Positions 48,840 to 59,448 of a DNA stretch of 64,000 nt are shown here, one piece after another; the stretch's first letter is position 1, and every line of letters starts with the position of its first letter. The notes beneath the pieces are model-generated. The model ran no database searches, was not told where the DNA came from, and was given only the letters and a program-made list of their open reading frames with translations. Location: assembly GCA_046160305.1 (NCBI GenBank), contig JBJXGX010000305.1:17322-81321 (forward strand), written 5' to 3'. Position numbers and translations under genes: made by a program. The stretch is from Burkholderiales bacterium (GTDB taxonomy: Bacteria > Pseudomonadota > Gammaproteobacteria > Burkholderiales > SG8-39).

Positions 48840-49646
48840 ATGGCAACGACCAACCCAGATCGCAGTCCTGTTCCCGACTACCTTTCCAAGCTGCGGCTTG
48901 ATGGCCGCGTTTTCGTCGTGCTGGGTGGTGGCAATGGCATCGGCCGGCAGACCTGTCACGCACTCTCGCAGGCGGGCGCAAAGGTGGCGTGCGTTGACCG
49001 CGATGCGAGCCTCGCCAGAATGGTCGCCGAAGAAACCGGCGGCGTCGCGCTCGTGGGCGATGTGAACAACCGTGCGGACGTCGAGCGCGTGTTCGCGGAG
49101 GCCGGGAAAGCCGGGCGCCTCGGCGGCGTCGTTGGGATCGTCGGGATGCCGGTGTTCGGTTCGTTGCTGGATTTCGACGAAGAGAAGTGGCGATCGCAGT
49201 TCGATCTGGTGTTCAATCATGCGTGCCTTGCCATTCAGATCGGCGGGCGCGCGCTCGTGAGTGCGGGCGGTGGCTCGATGGTGTTCGTTGGATCCATGGC
49301 TGGTATCACCAAGATTCCTGGCCAGTCCGCATACGGCGTCGCGAAGGCGGCACTGCACAAGCTTGTCGGTGCGGCCGCGAACGAGTTAGGTCCGTCCGGC
49401 ATTCGCGTCAATGCCGTGGCGCCAGGATTCGTGCGAACGCCGCGCCTCAAGTCGATGGTGAGCGCGGAGAGCTGGAAGGCCATGGATAGCATGACGGCAA
49501 TCGGTCACGCCGCCGATCCGGCGGAAATTGCCGCGGCGATCTTGTTTCTCGCCTCGGATCTCGCGAGTCATGTGACGGGGCATGTCCTGCTCGCCGACGG
49601 GGGCATCACCGGCACGATCGCACCGCCCAAGCTCAACCAGGCATGA
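48840..49646 (+). CDS. SDR family oxidoreductase
   Basis: GGGNGIG, YGVAK, VNAVAPG. Confidence 0.9.
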   Translation: MATTNPDRSPVPDYLSKLRLDGRVFVVLGGGNGIGRQTCHALSQAGAKVACVDRDASLARMVAEETGGVALVGDVNNRADVERVFAEAGKAGRLGGVVGIVGMPVFGSLLDFDEEKWRSQFDLVFNHACLAIQIGGRALVSAGGGSMVFVGSMAGITKIPGQSAYGVAKAALHKLVGAAANELGPSGIRVNAVAPGFVRTPRLKSMVSAESWKAMDSMTAIGHAADPAEIAAAILFLASDLASHVTGHVLLADGGITGTIAPPKLNQA

Positions 49647-49694
49647 CCATGAAGATCGAGAGCAACAAAGACAATCCATTGGAGGAACCCGCGC

Positions 49695-50435
49695 ATGAGT
49701 GATTCACTGCCACCGGAAAAACAGACGCTGCCCGAGATGCTCCGCGATCTTGTCATCGCCAACAGGATTCTCGGTCACGAGCACGTCGTCGACGTGTATG
49801 GCCATATCTCCATGCGACATCCGGACAATCCGGACCACTACTTCATGTCCTGCTCGCGGGCGCCGGCGCTGGTCACGCTCGATGACATTCTGGAATTCCA
49901 CGTCGATGGCACACCGATCGATGCGCGCGGCCGGTTGCTCTATGCCGAGCGCGCTATTCACGGATCGATCTACGCCAAGCGTCCGGACGTTGGCTCGGTT
50001 TGTCATAACCACTCCGCGCCGTTGATTCCGTTTGGCGTGACCGGGACGGCGCTCCGGGCGATTTTCCATATCGGCTCGGTGATCGGGACGAACGTTCCGG
50101 TGTGGGACATCCGCACCGAGTTCGGCGATACGAGTCTTCTGGTCGTTCGTCCCGACACAGGCGCATCCCTTGCCAAGGCGCTTGGGAATAATCGTGTCGC
50201 GCTCTTGCGCGGGCATGGCGCCGTGGTGGTCGGGCGAGGCGTGCGCGAAGCCGTCTACATCGCCATTCAAACGCAGAACAATGCGCAGTTGCAGCTTGCG
50301 TCGCATGCGCTCGGGACACCTGTCTATCTCAGCCCCGGTGAAGTCGAGGAGGCCGCGAAGATCATGCTGCAGCCCTTGTCGATGGAACGGTCTTGGCGAT
50401 TGTGGGCGCACGATGCCGGGTTTCCGGCGGGCTAA
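49695..50435 (+). CDS. Class II aldolase/adducin family protein (possible decarboxylase)
   Basis: GHISMR, ERAIH, HNHS, LRGHG zinc-binding residues. Confidence 0.88.
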   Translation: MSDSLPPEKQTLPEMLRDLVIANRILGHEHVVDVYGHISMRHPDNPDHYFMSCSRAPALVTLDDILEFHVDGTPIDARGRLLYAERAIHGSIYAKRPDVGSVCHNHSAPLIPFGVTGTALRAIFHIGSVIGTNVPVWDIRTEFGDTSLLVVRPDTGASLAKALGNNRVALLRGHGAVVVGRGVREAVYIAIQTQNNAQLQLASHALGTPVYLSPGEVEEAAKIMLQPLSMERSWRLWAHDAGFPAG

Positions 50436-50516
50436 CCGAACGCCATCTTTCCGGAATCGTGGCGTCAGGGTCGAGCCGAAATTTCGCGGCAAGCAGGCGA
50501 CGCGGTACCCGGCCGA

Positions 50517-51203
50517 TTACCGCCCGCCGCCCTTGCGCCACGCTTCAATCTTCTCGATCAATGCATCCGCGGTAGTGAGATCACAGTAGCGCCGATCGAC
50601 ATCGAGCAGGTTCGATTTGTGCGCTTCGATGTCCTGATCGCCCACGCAATCTTCCGGAACAATCGTGCGATAGCCGTGACTGAATGCGTCAACAATGCTC
50701 GCGCGCACGCAGCCGCTCGTGATACAGCCGGTCACGATCATCGTGTCGACGCGGTGCTTGGCGAAATACGTCGTCACCGGCGTATTGAAAAAAATCGACG
50801 GCGCGCTCTTTCGCAGGATGTAGTCATACGAGGGATCCGAGATGGCCGGATCCAGCTTCGCGCCGGCATCGCCTTCCAGCACCTTCGGGATGCTCGGGAT
50901 CTTCCAGTGCGGTGCGTCGCGCTCGGTGTGGTAGGCCATATAGCAGGTCGCGATCGGAACGCCCGCTTTGCGCGCGGCTTCGAGCAGGCGTGACGTGTTC
51001 TCCACTGCACGCATCACGAGGGGTGCGCCGCCGGTGGCGAACTTCGCATCGGTGAAGGCAAGCTGGAGATCGACGACGACGATACCCGGTTTTTCGCCGA
51101 ATCCCACCGGGCGCGCGCCGTAGCCGCGCTCGGCGTAACTCAGGTCTGTTTTCTTTCCGGCGGGTCGCGCGGTGGATCGTAGTGCACTCACGTTCGAACT
51201 CAT
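50517..51203 (-). CDS. Isochorismatase-family amidase (N-carbamoylsarcosine/maleamate amidohydrolase-like)
   Basis: VVDLQ, KSAPSIF, TSGCVRASIVDA. Confidence 0.85.
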   Translation of the reverse strand: MSSNVSALRSTARPAGKKTDLSYAERGYGARPVGFGEKPGIVVVDLQLAFTDAKFATGGAPLVMRAVENTSRLLEAARKAGVPIATCYMAYHTERDAPHWKIPSIPKVLEGDAGAKLDPAISDPSYDYILRKSAPSIFFNTPVTTYFAKHRVDTMIVTGCITSGCVRASIVDAFSHGYRTIVPEDCVGDQDIEAHKSNLLDVDRRYCDLTTADALIEKIEAWRKGGGR

Positions 51204-53059
51204 TTGACGCTCACCAGTTCGTTGATGGAGGAGGGCGCCGCGCGGTGCCTGGCCGTAAGCTCCGCGCGTCGCGCTTTGGTTGCCGCGGCGTCGACAGCGA
51301 GACTGTCGTCGTCGATCCTGCCGGTGAAGATAACGCCGTAGATGTCGCGTGCTTTCGCGATCGATTCCCAGCCTTCGAGCACGTCGTTGCGAACGCGCGC
51401 CGGGTCGCGGGTGACCGGGTCACCGTAGCCGCCGCCGCTGCTGTCGCGTCCGCGCATGCTCTCGCCTTTCTTGATCTGCCGATTGACGAGGTTGGGAAGC
51501 TTCGTCTTCAAACCATCCGGGGTATCGAGATGGGTCGATCCGGGCGTGCCGTTGTGCCCGCCGTTCACGCCGCGTGGTGGTGCGAACTGTCCGTCGCAGG
51601 GGATCACGACCTGCACCGGATTCTCAAGCGCGGTATAGGTGACCTGCTGTGCCGGGGCGCCGCGAAAACGACCGGCGCCCGCGGAATCGGTGACGATGCC
51701 CAGGCTTTCCACCCGGAACGGGTGCTTCAGCTCATCGATCTCGACCGAATCGCGATACATCAATCCGGCGATCACCGGAATCGCGTAATTCACCCATCCA
51801 TCGGCGGTGGGGCTCGCCGGCCCGCCATTGGTCGAGAGCATCATGCGATTCACATAGCGCGCATCCGCACGTCGATGATCTTTGCCCGATAACACGGCCA
51901 TGCCGGCGCCAAGACCGGTACCGCCTTCGGCCAGGCCATACCCTTCACCAAGTTTCGCGAAGGCGGATTGGGTGATGTTCACCAGACGCTCGGACACATT
52001 CGTCGTTGCGACCGAGCAGCTATGCGGAAACACCGGCGCGGCCACGACGCTGTTGTCGGCGTACTTGAACGAGAGCCGGCGGAACGACCCGGCGTTGCGC
52101 GGAATGTCTTTGTCGAGGGTATTGAAGATGGCGCCCACGACCGAACTGGTTGCCGCCGCCTCCGAGGTATTGAGGCCGCAATCGACACACGGTGGGTTCT
52201 CTCGCAGGTCGACATTGATCATGCCGGCTTTCGGGTCGATGTCGACGATCACCTTCAAGGTCAATCCATCTGGAAGGATGCCTTCGAGCGGATCCGATTT
52301 CCCGGTGTTCTCGATACGCGCTTTGGGGAGTTTGCGAATCGATTCGATCATGCGACGCTCGGAATAATCGAGCCAGGAGGCCATGAACGTCTTGATCATC
52401 TTCTTGCCGTACTTGACGCAGAGTTCTTTCAACCGGCGTTCCGCGATACGTGCCGAGCCGAGGCCTGCAAGATAGTCGCCATACCACTGATCCGGCACGC
52501 GGATGCGAGCGCGGCACATTCGTACCACGTCTTCCTCGTTCTTGAAGTTTCGCTGGATGCGCACGCCCGGAAAGACGATCGCACCCTCCTCATACACGTC
52601 GAGCGCCTTGGCGAAGTAGGACGACGGAATGCTGTTGCCGATATCGGCCATGTGGCACTTGGCCACCGTGGTGAAGAGGTGCTCGCCGTCGATGAACACC
52701 GGCACGAGAAACGTGTGATCGGCGGGGTGCGTATTGCCGCCGTATGGGTCATTGTCGAGATAGGCGTCGCCCTCGCGCAGGTCGCCCTCGTGATACCGGC
52801 ACATATTGGCGGCTTGCAGATGCGCGCCGAAAATGTGCACCGGCAATCCCTCGGCCGAAGCCAGAAGCTGGTTGTCGCCGGTGATGATGCAACACGAGAA
52901 ATCGCGCGCGCTCGAGATCACGGCCGAACGCGCTGCACGAAGCAACGTATTGGTCATTTCACGCACGATGCCATCCAACCGGTTGGCGATGACCGACATG
53001 ATGATCGGGTCGATCTTCACCGCAGTATTCGATTTCGTTGATGCTTTCGCTTTTGCCAT
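51200..53059 (-). CDS. Hydantoinase B/oxoprolinase subunit
   Basis: ARDFSC, NDPYGGNTHPAD, HMADIG, GAGRFRG, GGGYGDP. Confidence 0.92.
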   Translation of the reverse strand: MAKAKASTKSNTAVKIDPIIMSVIANRLDGIVREMTNTLLRAARSAVISSARDFSCCIITGDNQLLASAEGLPVHIFGAHLQAANMCRYHEGDLREGDAYLDNDPYGGNTHPADHTFLVPVFIDGEHLFTTVAKCHMADIGNSIPSSYFAKALDVYEEGAIVFPGVRIQRNFKNEEDVVRMCRARIRVPDQWYGDYLAGLGSARIAERRLKELCVKYGKKMIKTFMASWLDYSERRMIESIRKLPKARIENTGKSDPLEGILPDGLTLKVIVDIDPKAGMINVDLRENPPCVDCGLNTSEAAATSSVVGAIFNTLDKDIPRNAGSFRRLSFKYADNSVVAAPVFPHSCSVATTNVSERLVNITQSAFAKLGEGYGLAEGGTGLGAGMAVLSGKDHRRADARYVNRMMLSTNGGPASPTADGWVNYAIPVIAGLMYRDSVEIDELKHPFRVESLGIVTDSAGAGRFRGAPAQQVTYTALENPVQVVIPCDGQFAPPRGVNGGHNGTPGSTHLDTPDGLKTKLPNLVNRQIKKGESMRGRDSSGGGYGDPVTRDPARVRNDVLEGWESIAKARDIYGVIFTGRIDDDSLAVDAAATKARRAELTARHRAAPSSINELVSVK

Positions 53060-53080
53060 GATTCGCTCCAGCCTGCCCGC

Positions 53081-55153
53081 TTAGGTATACAGCAGATAGT
53101 GACCCGAGGCGCTCACCACGGCGCGCATATCCGGGTACACCACGATGGTCGTTGTCGGCTCTTCGATGATCGCGGGTCCGGCGATGTTCGCGCCGGGTTT
53201 GAGGTCCGTCCCGCGAAATACCGGTGTGCGGCGCCGGTCACCCGCGCCGAAATACGCCTCTCTCGTCCCGTTCGGCTTCGGCCTGTACTTCGCGGCCTTG
53301 CGCGTTGAGGGGCGTGCCGGTTTGGCAAGGCGAATGGCAATGCGTCCACGCCAGTTCACGCACTCGACCTCGCTGCCTTCGTCCCGCACTGCGTACACGC
53401 GATCGTGCACCGTGTGGAACGCTTCGACGAGTTTCTTCACGTCTTTGGGGCTGTTGAATCCCTTCACGGGCAGCGGCGTGTCGAGCTCCCAGACCTGCGA
53501 CTTGTAGCGCGCTTCAACGAAGAACTCCTTCTTTATTTTGGCGCGCGTGGCTCCTTGCAGGCTCGCGTGGAATCGATCGAGTTCTGCGTCGATTTCAGCA
53601 AGCGCTTTGTTCACACCGGCTGCATCGAAACTGCCCGACATCGTGACCCGGCTTCGCGTCTGTTCGAAGATGATGTCGGAATACTGCATGCCGCATGCGG
53701 ACATCGCCGAGGCGGTCTTTGGCAGGACCGTCGTCTTGCAACCCAATTCGCGCGCGATCGGCATGATGTTCAAGCCCGCCGCGCCGCCACCGGCCACCAG
53801 CACGCTTTCGCGCGGATTGAGCCCTTCGCTCACGGTGATCTCGTGGATTGCCTTGATCATCAGTTCATTGGCGATCGTGAGAATCGCAAAGGCGGCATCC
53901 TCGACCTTTCGACCGAGTTCGCCCGCAATCTTCGCGATGACGCGCTGTGCGGCTGATGCATCGAGGGTCATTCGTCCGCCATTGAAGTACGCCGGGTCGA
54001 CATAGCCGAGCACGACGCAGGCATCGGTCACCGTGGGGAAGTCGCCGCCTCGTCCATAACAAGCGGGGCCGGGCATTGCGCCGGCGCTTTGCGGCCCAAC
54101 GCGAAGGAGGCCGCCCGAGTCGATCCATGCGATCGATCCGCCGCCCGCGCCGATGCTTCGCACATCGACCGTGGACATCGCCACCATATGGCCGATCCAG
54201 CGCCGACCGAGCCAGCTATCGCGCGAATACACGAGATGGCCATCGCGCACGAGACCGACGTCGAAGGTCGTGCCGCCGGTATCGCAAACGATGGCATCAC
54301 CGCCCAGCGCTTCGATGGTCGTGTACGCCTGGCCGGCGACGGGTGCCATCGCAGGGCCGGACTTCAACATCTGAACCGGCCGCGTGGCGACTTCGGCAAC
54401 GTGCTGACATCCACCCGCCGATGTGCCGACCAGCAACTCGCCTTTGAATCCGGCGGAGCGCAAATCATCTTCCATCTCACGCAGGTGTTTCTGCATGAGC
54501 GGCTTCAGCGAGGCATCGATCGCCGTGGTCGAGGCGCGGCGATATTCCCGCACGATCGGATTCAATTGATGCGACAGGGTATAGGGAACGCCCGGCATTT
54601 CCTCATCGAGGATGCGGCCAAGCGAGAGTTCATGCGCGCCATTGGCGATCGACCACATGAGGCTCACTGCAACGGCTTCGAAGCCGCGCGCCTTCAATGT
54701 GCGCGCGATCTCGCGTGCCTGCGCAACATCGAGCGCGCGGACGACATTGCCTTGTGCATCGATCCGCTCATCGATCTCGAACGTATAGCGGCGCGGAATG
54801 TATGGTTCCGGATAATCGTAGCTATAGTCATGCGGATCGAACTTTCCGCCTTCGCGCAGCACGAGGATGTCGCGAAATCCGCGCGTCGTGAGGAACGCGG
54901 TCTTGGCGGTGCTTTTGGTGACCACGGCGTTGGTGGCGCGCGTGGTGCCATAGATCAGCATGTCGCTTGCCGCGAGGAGCCGGGCACCGGTCGTCCCGCA
55001 TTCCTCTGCCGCTACATCGATCGCGCCCCGCATGCCTTCGAAGATGCGTTGAGGCGTTGTGAGTGCCTTGCCGATCGCGCGGATGCCGCGGCTGTCGGCG
55101 ACCACCACGTCAGTGAAAGTGCCCCCCGTATCGACCGAAACCCGATAACTCAT
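53081..55153 (-). CDS. Hydantoinase A/oxoprolinase ATP-binding subunit
   Basis: DTGGTFTD, GTTRATNA, SGPA, DTGGTTFD, GAGGGSIA, PGPACYG. Confidence 0.92.
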   Translation of the reverse strand: MSYRVSVDTGGTFTDVVVADSRGIRAIGKALTTPQRIFEGMRGAIDVAAEECGTTGARLLAASDMLIYGTTRATNAVVTKSTAKTAFLTTRGFRDILVLREGGKFDPHDYSYDYPEPYIPRRYTFEIDERIDAQGNVVRALDVAQAREIARTLKARGFEAVAVSLMWSIANGAHELSLGRILDEEMPGVPYTLSHQLNPIVREYRRASTTAIDASLKPLMQKHLREMEDDLRSAGFKGELLVGTSAGGCQHVAEVATRPVQMLKSGPAMAPVAGQAYTTIEALGGDAIVCDTGGTTFDVGLVRDGHLVYSRDSWLGRRWIGHMVAMSTVDVRSIGAGGGSIAWIDSGGLLRVGPQSAGAMPGPACYGRGGDFPTVTDACVVLGYVDPAYFNGGRMTLDASAAQRVIAKIAGELGRKVEDAAFAILTIANELMIKAIHEITVSEGLNPRESVLVAGGGAAGLNIMPIARELGCKTTVLPKTASAMSACGMQYSDIIFEQTRSRVTMSGSFDAAGVNKALAEIDAELDRFHASLQGATRAKIKKEFFVEARYKSQVWELDTPLPVKGFNSPKDVKKLVEAFHTVHDRVYAVRDEGSEVECVNWRGRIAIRLAKPARPSTRKAAKYRPKPNGTREAYFGAGDRRRTPVFRGTDLKPGANIAGPAIIEEPTTTIVVYPDMRAVVSASGHYLLYT

Positions 55154-55205
55154 GCTTGCCTTTCTTGTTGGTGTTCGAATATTTTCCGCGATGTCCGGCG
55201 CGCCC

Positions 55206-55293
55206 GCGGGTCGGGTTGGCGTAGCGTAACCCGGCGGCCAGACATTGTCGCGTCGGCGTGCACCTACATTGCGCTACGCTAGCCCGATCTACG
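55206..55293. repeat. Inverted pair of REP-like elements
   Basis: TCGGGTTGGCGTAGCGTAA (55211-55229) matches the reverse complement of 55269-55287 at 16/19; the right copy reads GTAG-ATCGGG on the minus strand. Confidence 0.55.
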
Positions 55294-55298
55294 ATACG

Positions 55299-56615
55299 TC
55301 ATCGGGCAAGTTCAAACGATGGGGCGAGCTGCTCGCTGATCGAGAGCATTTGCCAATCGGAACCTGGTGCACCGAGCAGCATCAGCCCAAGCGGCAAGCG
55401 CTCGCTCGTCATCGCGACGGGCACCGAGACGATCGGACCGCCCAGGGCAGTGAAGGGAACAATGAACCGCGGATCGCCCGTCTTCATACCGACCGGTGCC
55501 GCATCGGGTGCCGCCGGAAATACCAGCGCGTCGAACGAATCGACCGCGCTCCAGAACGCATTGCGCGCTTCACTCACGGCGCGGCGCGCATCGATATAGC
55601 TCGCGTCGTGGATCATGCGACCACGCTCGACCGCGGCACGCAAGGCGGGCGTGACATCGTCGGCCGGCGCATCGACGAGTTGAGGGTGCACGCGGGCGAG
55701 CTCGTATTCGATCATCGTCTTGTGCCACTCGGTGAGCTTGGCGAGTGGGACGAGTGATCGTGTTTGCGCGACGGCGTGGCCGGCCGCCTCGATCTTATCG
55801 GTCGCCGCGCGGATTGATTGGCGTACCGTATCGGATGCGGATTCGAGGATAGCATCCTCGATGATCCCAATGCGAAGCGATCGCGATACCGGCATGCTGG
55901 GCCGGACCAAGAAGGGTGGCATCAACGCACGCGCCGCGATGGCAACATCGGCAACGCGATGCGCGAAGAGGCCCGGTGTATCGAAGCCCGGTGCGAAGGG
56001 AACGATCCCCTGCGCGGACCATGACAGGGTGCTGGGTTTGAATGCAGCAATGCCGCAGTAGGCAGCGGGTCGGCTGACCGAGCCGGCGGTCTGTGTGCCG
56101 ACGCTAAGCGGCACCATGCCTGCGGCGACGACGGCTGCCGGTCCGGCACTCGACCCACCCGGTGTATGCGCGAGATTGTGCGGATTGCGGGTAGGCGGCG
56201 GACCATCGAAATAGGCGAACTCGGTGGTATGCGCTTTGCCCAGAATGACGGCACCCGCCGCCCGGAGGGCAAGGACGATCTGTGCGTCGCCGGTGGCGGG
56301 TTGCGCGCCCGCACGCGTGCGACTGCCGGCGCGAGTGGGCCATCCGGCGACATCGATGACGTCTTTGATGGCGACCGGCACGCCATGCAATGGACCGCGC
56401 AATGGACCGCGCGACGCTTCCTCGTCGAGTCGTTCAGCCTGTGTGCGTGCGCCCCGACGATCGACCGAACACCAGCCTTGCACCCGCGAATCGACCGTGG
56501 CAATGCGCGCAAGGCTTGCGTCAATCAAGTCGCTAGCAGAGCCGGCTCTGCTAGCGATGCGGCGACCCGCAAGCTCGATGGATCCCGGGTCGCTCGCCAG
56601 TGAATCGCCGTTCAT
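55299..56615 (-). CDS. Amidase signature family enzyme
   Basis: [24 protein letters not shown] (Ser-Ser-Lys triad). Confidence 0.92.
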   Translation of the reverse strand: MNGDSLASDPGSIELAGRRIASRAGSASDLIDASLARIATVDSRVQGWCSVDRRGARTQAERLDEEASRGPLRGPLHGVPVAIKDVIDVAGWPTRAGSRTRAGAQPATGDAQIVLALRAAGAVILGKAHTTEFAYFDGPPPTRNPHNLAHTPGGSSAGPAAVVAAGMVPLSVGTQTAGSVSRPAAYCGIAAFKPSTLSWSAQGIVPFAPGFDTPGLFAHRVADVAIAARALMPPFLVRPSMPVSRSLRIGIIEDAILESASDTVRQSIRAATDKIEAAGHAVAQTRSLVPLAKLTEWHKTMIEYELARVHPQLVDAPADDVTPALRAAVERGRMIHDASYIDARRAVSEARNAFWSAVDSFDALVFPAAPDAAPVGMKTGDPRFIVPFTALGGPIVSVPVAMTSERLPLGLMLLGAPGSDWQMLSISEQLAPSFELAR

Positions 56616-56635
56616 GGTTTCCTTGGTGAAATCCG

Positions 56636-58090
56636 TTATCGTGCTTGACTAACAGGGACGAACTCCAGATCGCCCAGGGCGATGTCCGCCATCATATCGG
56701 TGTGATCGTCTTGCGGTAGCGGCCACAGGATGGGCGTGCCGGTCTGATCGGAATACCAGTTCTTGCAACCGACCCACACTGTGTCGGGCAGCGCTGCCCG
56801 CATGCGTTCGAGAAATTTCTCGGTGGCGGCAACGGTCGGCATGACGGCGGCGTTTCGTTGATGTGCAATCTCGACGATCTTCATGATGTACGCCATTTCC
56901 TGCAGGAGACCAATCGGCACGGACAGATTATTGACCGGCGCAAACGGCCCGTACAGCATGAACAGATTCGGGAAACCGGGCATCACGACGCCGCGATAGG
57001 AGTAGATACGGTCCTTCCATGCTTCATCGATCGACAGCTCATTCAACCCGAAGATCTTGATCGGACGCATGTACGCGTGGGCGTCGTAACCCGTGGCGTA
57101 GACGAGCACGTCCAAGTCGTGGCGATTACCGTTGGCCATGACGATGCCTTCTGGCACGATCCGCGCAATCGGGCCAACTTCAATATGGACATTCGGTTGC
57201 TGGACCGCTTCATAGTAGTTCTGGTCGGATTTCGGGATGCGCGTGCAACCAAGATGGTAGTCGGGCGTGAGCTTGCGACGCAGCTCGGGGTCGCGCACGA
57301 TCTCGAGGAATTTCTTGAATTCGCTTTGCATCGCCTCGCGTTGCGGGCCGGGTTTGATGCGCCAGCGATCGGCGACGCTGTAGCCGTCCCATAGTTCTTT
57401 TTGCACGCGTTCATAGACTCCAGGGAGCTTCAGCTCCTTCTGTTCCGCCGAAGTCGTATAGGGGTTCTCCCGGATCCATACCCACTGGGCACGCCGGATG
57501 AACTGGGTGACTTCACATTCGCGGTAGGCGAGCGCCTCGGTGATTTGCACGCCGCTTGCACCACCGCCGATCACGCCCCAGCGTTTGCCCTTCATCGGCA
57601 CGCTATGGTCCCAGTCGGACGAGTGGAATGCCGGTCCGGCAAACGTTTCGCGGCCCTCGATCGCGGGCGTTATGGGTGTACTCAAGAAGCCGGTCGCGGC
57701 GATGAAAACGTCGGCAACATCGGATGTGCCCTTCGCCGTCTTGATATGCCAACGGCCATCGGTGAAGCGTGCCGAGACGATCTCTTCGTTGAAGCGAATG
57801 AAGGTGCGCAGACCGCGATCATCTGCAACCTTTTTGATGTATGCCTGAATCTCCGGTCCGGGCGCGAACCGGCGTGACCAGTCGTAGTTCGGTTGAAACG
57901 GAAACTCATACTGGCGGGACGGCACGTCAACGTATAGGCCGGGGTAGGTATTGTCCCGCCACGTTCCGCCCACTTCGCCTGCTTTCTCGTAGACGGTGAA
58001 GTCGATACCGGCGCGCTTCAGCATCTCGGCGGCGGAGAGGCCGGCAAAGCCTGCGCCAACGATGACATACCGAAGCTTTTGTCTAGCCAT
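56636..58090 (-). CDS. Flavin-dependent monooxygenase, Baeyer-Villiger type
   Basis: [29 protein letters not shown] (FxGxxxHxxxWD fingerprint), GGGASG, ATGY. Confidence 0.9.
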   Translation of the reverse strand: MARQKLRYVIVGAGFAGLSAAEMLKRAGIDFTVYEKAGEVGGTWRDNTYPGLYVDVPSRQYEFPFQPNYDWSRRFAPGPEIQAYIKKVADDRGLRTFIRFNEEIVSARFTDGRWHIKTAKGTSDVADVFIAATGFLSTPITPAIEGRETFAGPAFHSSDWDHSVPMKGKRWGVIGGGASGVQITEALAYRECEVTQFIRRAQWVWIRENPYTTSAEQKELKLPGVYERVQKELWDGYSVADRWRIKPGPQREAMQSEFKKFLEIVRDPELRRKLTPDYHLGCTRIPKSDQNYYEAVQQPNVHIEVGPIARIVPEGIVMANGNRHDLDVLVYATGYDAHAYMRPIKIFGLNELSIDEAWKDRIYSYRGVVMPGFPNLFMLYGPFAPVNNLSVPIGLLQEMAYIMKIVEIAHQRNAAVMPTVAATEKFLERMRAALPDTVWVGCKNWYSDQTGTPILWPLPQDDHTDMMADIALGDLEFVPVSQAR

Positions 58091-58117
58091 CGTGCCTCCC
58101 GTCCGGGCAGCAACGCG

Positions 58118-58960
58118 TTATTTCGCCAGCGAACGGATGAAGCGCAACACCGCTTCCGCGCTTTCGTTGGGTCGTTCGATGAACGGAATGTGGCCGCCAC
58201 CCGACACCTCGATGTACTGCGCGCCGGGGACGTTGTCGGCGATGATCCGCGAGAATTTTGCGGGGATGAAGTAGTCGTTGTCCGCGCTTACCACGAGGGT
58301 CGGGCAACGGAAGCCTTTTAGCCGGGTGGTAAATAGCGGTGTGCTTTCCTGGCCGGGGAGCTTGCGGCCCCACCAGAGGATCGAGTCGAGAAACGCGCGG
58401 TAAAGCTCCGGCGAATTGTTCTTGAGGAGCACCTGATTGCCCTGCATGACCTGGTAGCCGGCGTCACTTTCAAGATATTCGCGGGACATGGTGAACAAGC
58501 CCATGAAGTCCGCGATTTCCTCGCCCATGCCGCACCTGGCGATGATTTTCTTTCGCAGGTTGAAGTTCATATACAGGGCGCGATCGAGCTCGGAGAAGGC
58601 ACCGACGCAGATCAATGATTTCACGAGCTTCGGATGGCGGTCGGCAAACGACATCGCCATGCAGCCGCCCAACGATGAGCCGAGGACATGCACCGGCGCG
58701 AGGCCCTGCTGGTCGACCAGCGCGGCAAAATCATCGGCCCATAGTTCGGGCGTGTAGTGCACTTTGTCGGGCGCGTCCTTGCGCGACTGTCCAATCCCGC
58801 GCGGATCGACGACGATCGTCTTCATTTCCTGCCTAAGCAGCGGCTCGCCGATGCGGTAGTACCCATGATCGAGCCCGAGGCCGGGGAGAAGGATAATCGG
58901 TTCGCCCGTACCTTTGACCTCATACCAGATCTCCGTTCCATTCACCTGTGCCAGCGGCAT
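58118..58960 (-). CDS. Alpha/beta hydrolase
   Basis: DPRGIGQS, GSSLGG nucleophile elbow, GGH. Confidence 0.9.
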   Translation of the reverse strand: MPLAQVNGTEIWYEVKGTGEPIILLPGLGLDHGYYRIGEPLLRQEMKTIVVDPRGIGQSRKDAPDKVHYTPELWADDFAALVDQQGLAPVHVLGSSLGGCMAMSFADRHPKLVKSLICVGAFSELDRALYMNFNLRKKIIARCGMGEEIADFMGLFTMSREYLESDAGYQVMQGNQVLLKNNSPELYRAFLDSILWWGRKLPGQESTPLFTTRLKGFRCPTLVVSADNDYFIPAKFSRIIADNVPGAQYIEVSGGGHIPFIERPNESAEAVLRFIRSLAK

Positions 58961-58962
58961 TA

Positions 58963-59448
58963 TCAGTCTCCTTGGTCGCGATCAGGCATTCTAAGCATTG
59001 AGACGGCCGTCCACACGCAGGCGATCGGCGCGAGGGTCATGCCGAGGCTGGCAGGCAACCAGAACACAACCATTGGCAGCTGCAGATCGAGCGACAGATC
59101 GTTGGTGCGATAAGCCTTTGCCGTCGCGCCCCACATCAAATAGGCGACGAATCCCAGGCACACCGCAGCGGCGACGAGCCAGAATGCATCGATGCGTCGA
59201 TTGGTCGGTTTGCCAAGCCGCATCGTCGCCAGATCCACGATGATATGGCCGCCCAGGTGAAACGAGTAGGGCAGGGCGAGAAAGCCGATGAGGACTACGG
59301 CCATCGTGGACAGCTCGACGATGCCCCGCATCGAAAAAAGTCCGAGATTGCGCGCTGCGATATCGGTCACGGTAATCGCCATCAGAAAAACCAGCGAGAT
59401 CCCGGCAAGGTCGTAGCACCACCTGAAGATGCGCGTCATGGCGGTCAT
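58963..59448 (-). CDS. TRAP small permease DctQ
   Basis: Four TM segments; GHIIVD; ATGA overlap with the dctM stop. Confidence 0.85.
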   Translation of the reverse strand: MTAMTRIFRWCYDLAGISLVFLMAITVTDIAARNLGLFSMRGIVELSTMAVVLIGFLALPYSFHLGGHIIVDLATMRLGKPTNRRIDAFWLVAAAVCLGFVAYLMWGATAKAYRTNDLSLDLQLPMVVFWLPASLGMTLAPIACVWTAVSMLRMPDRDQGD

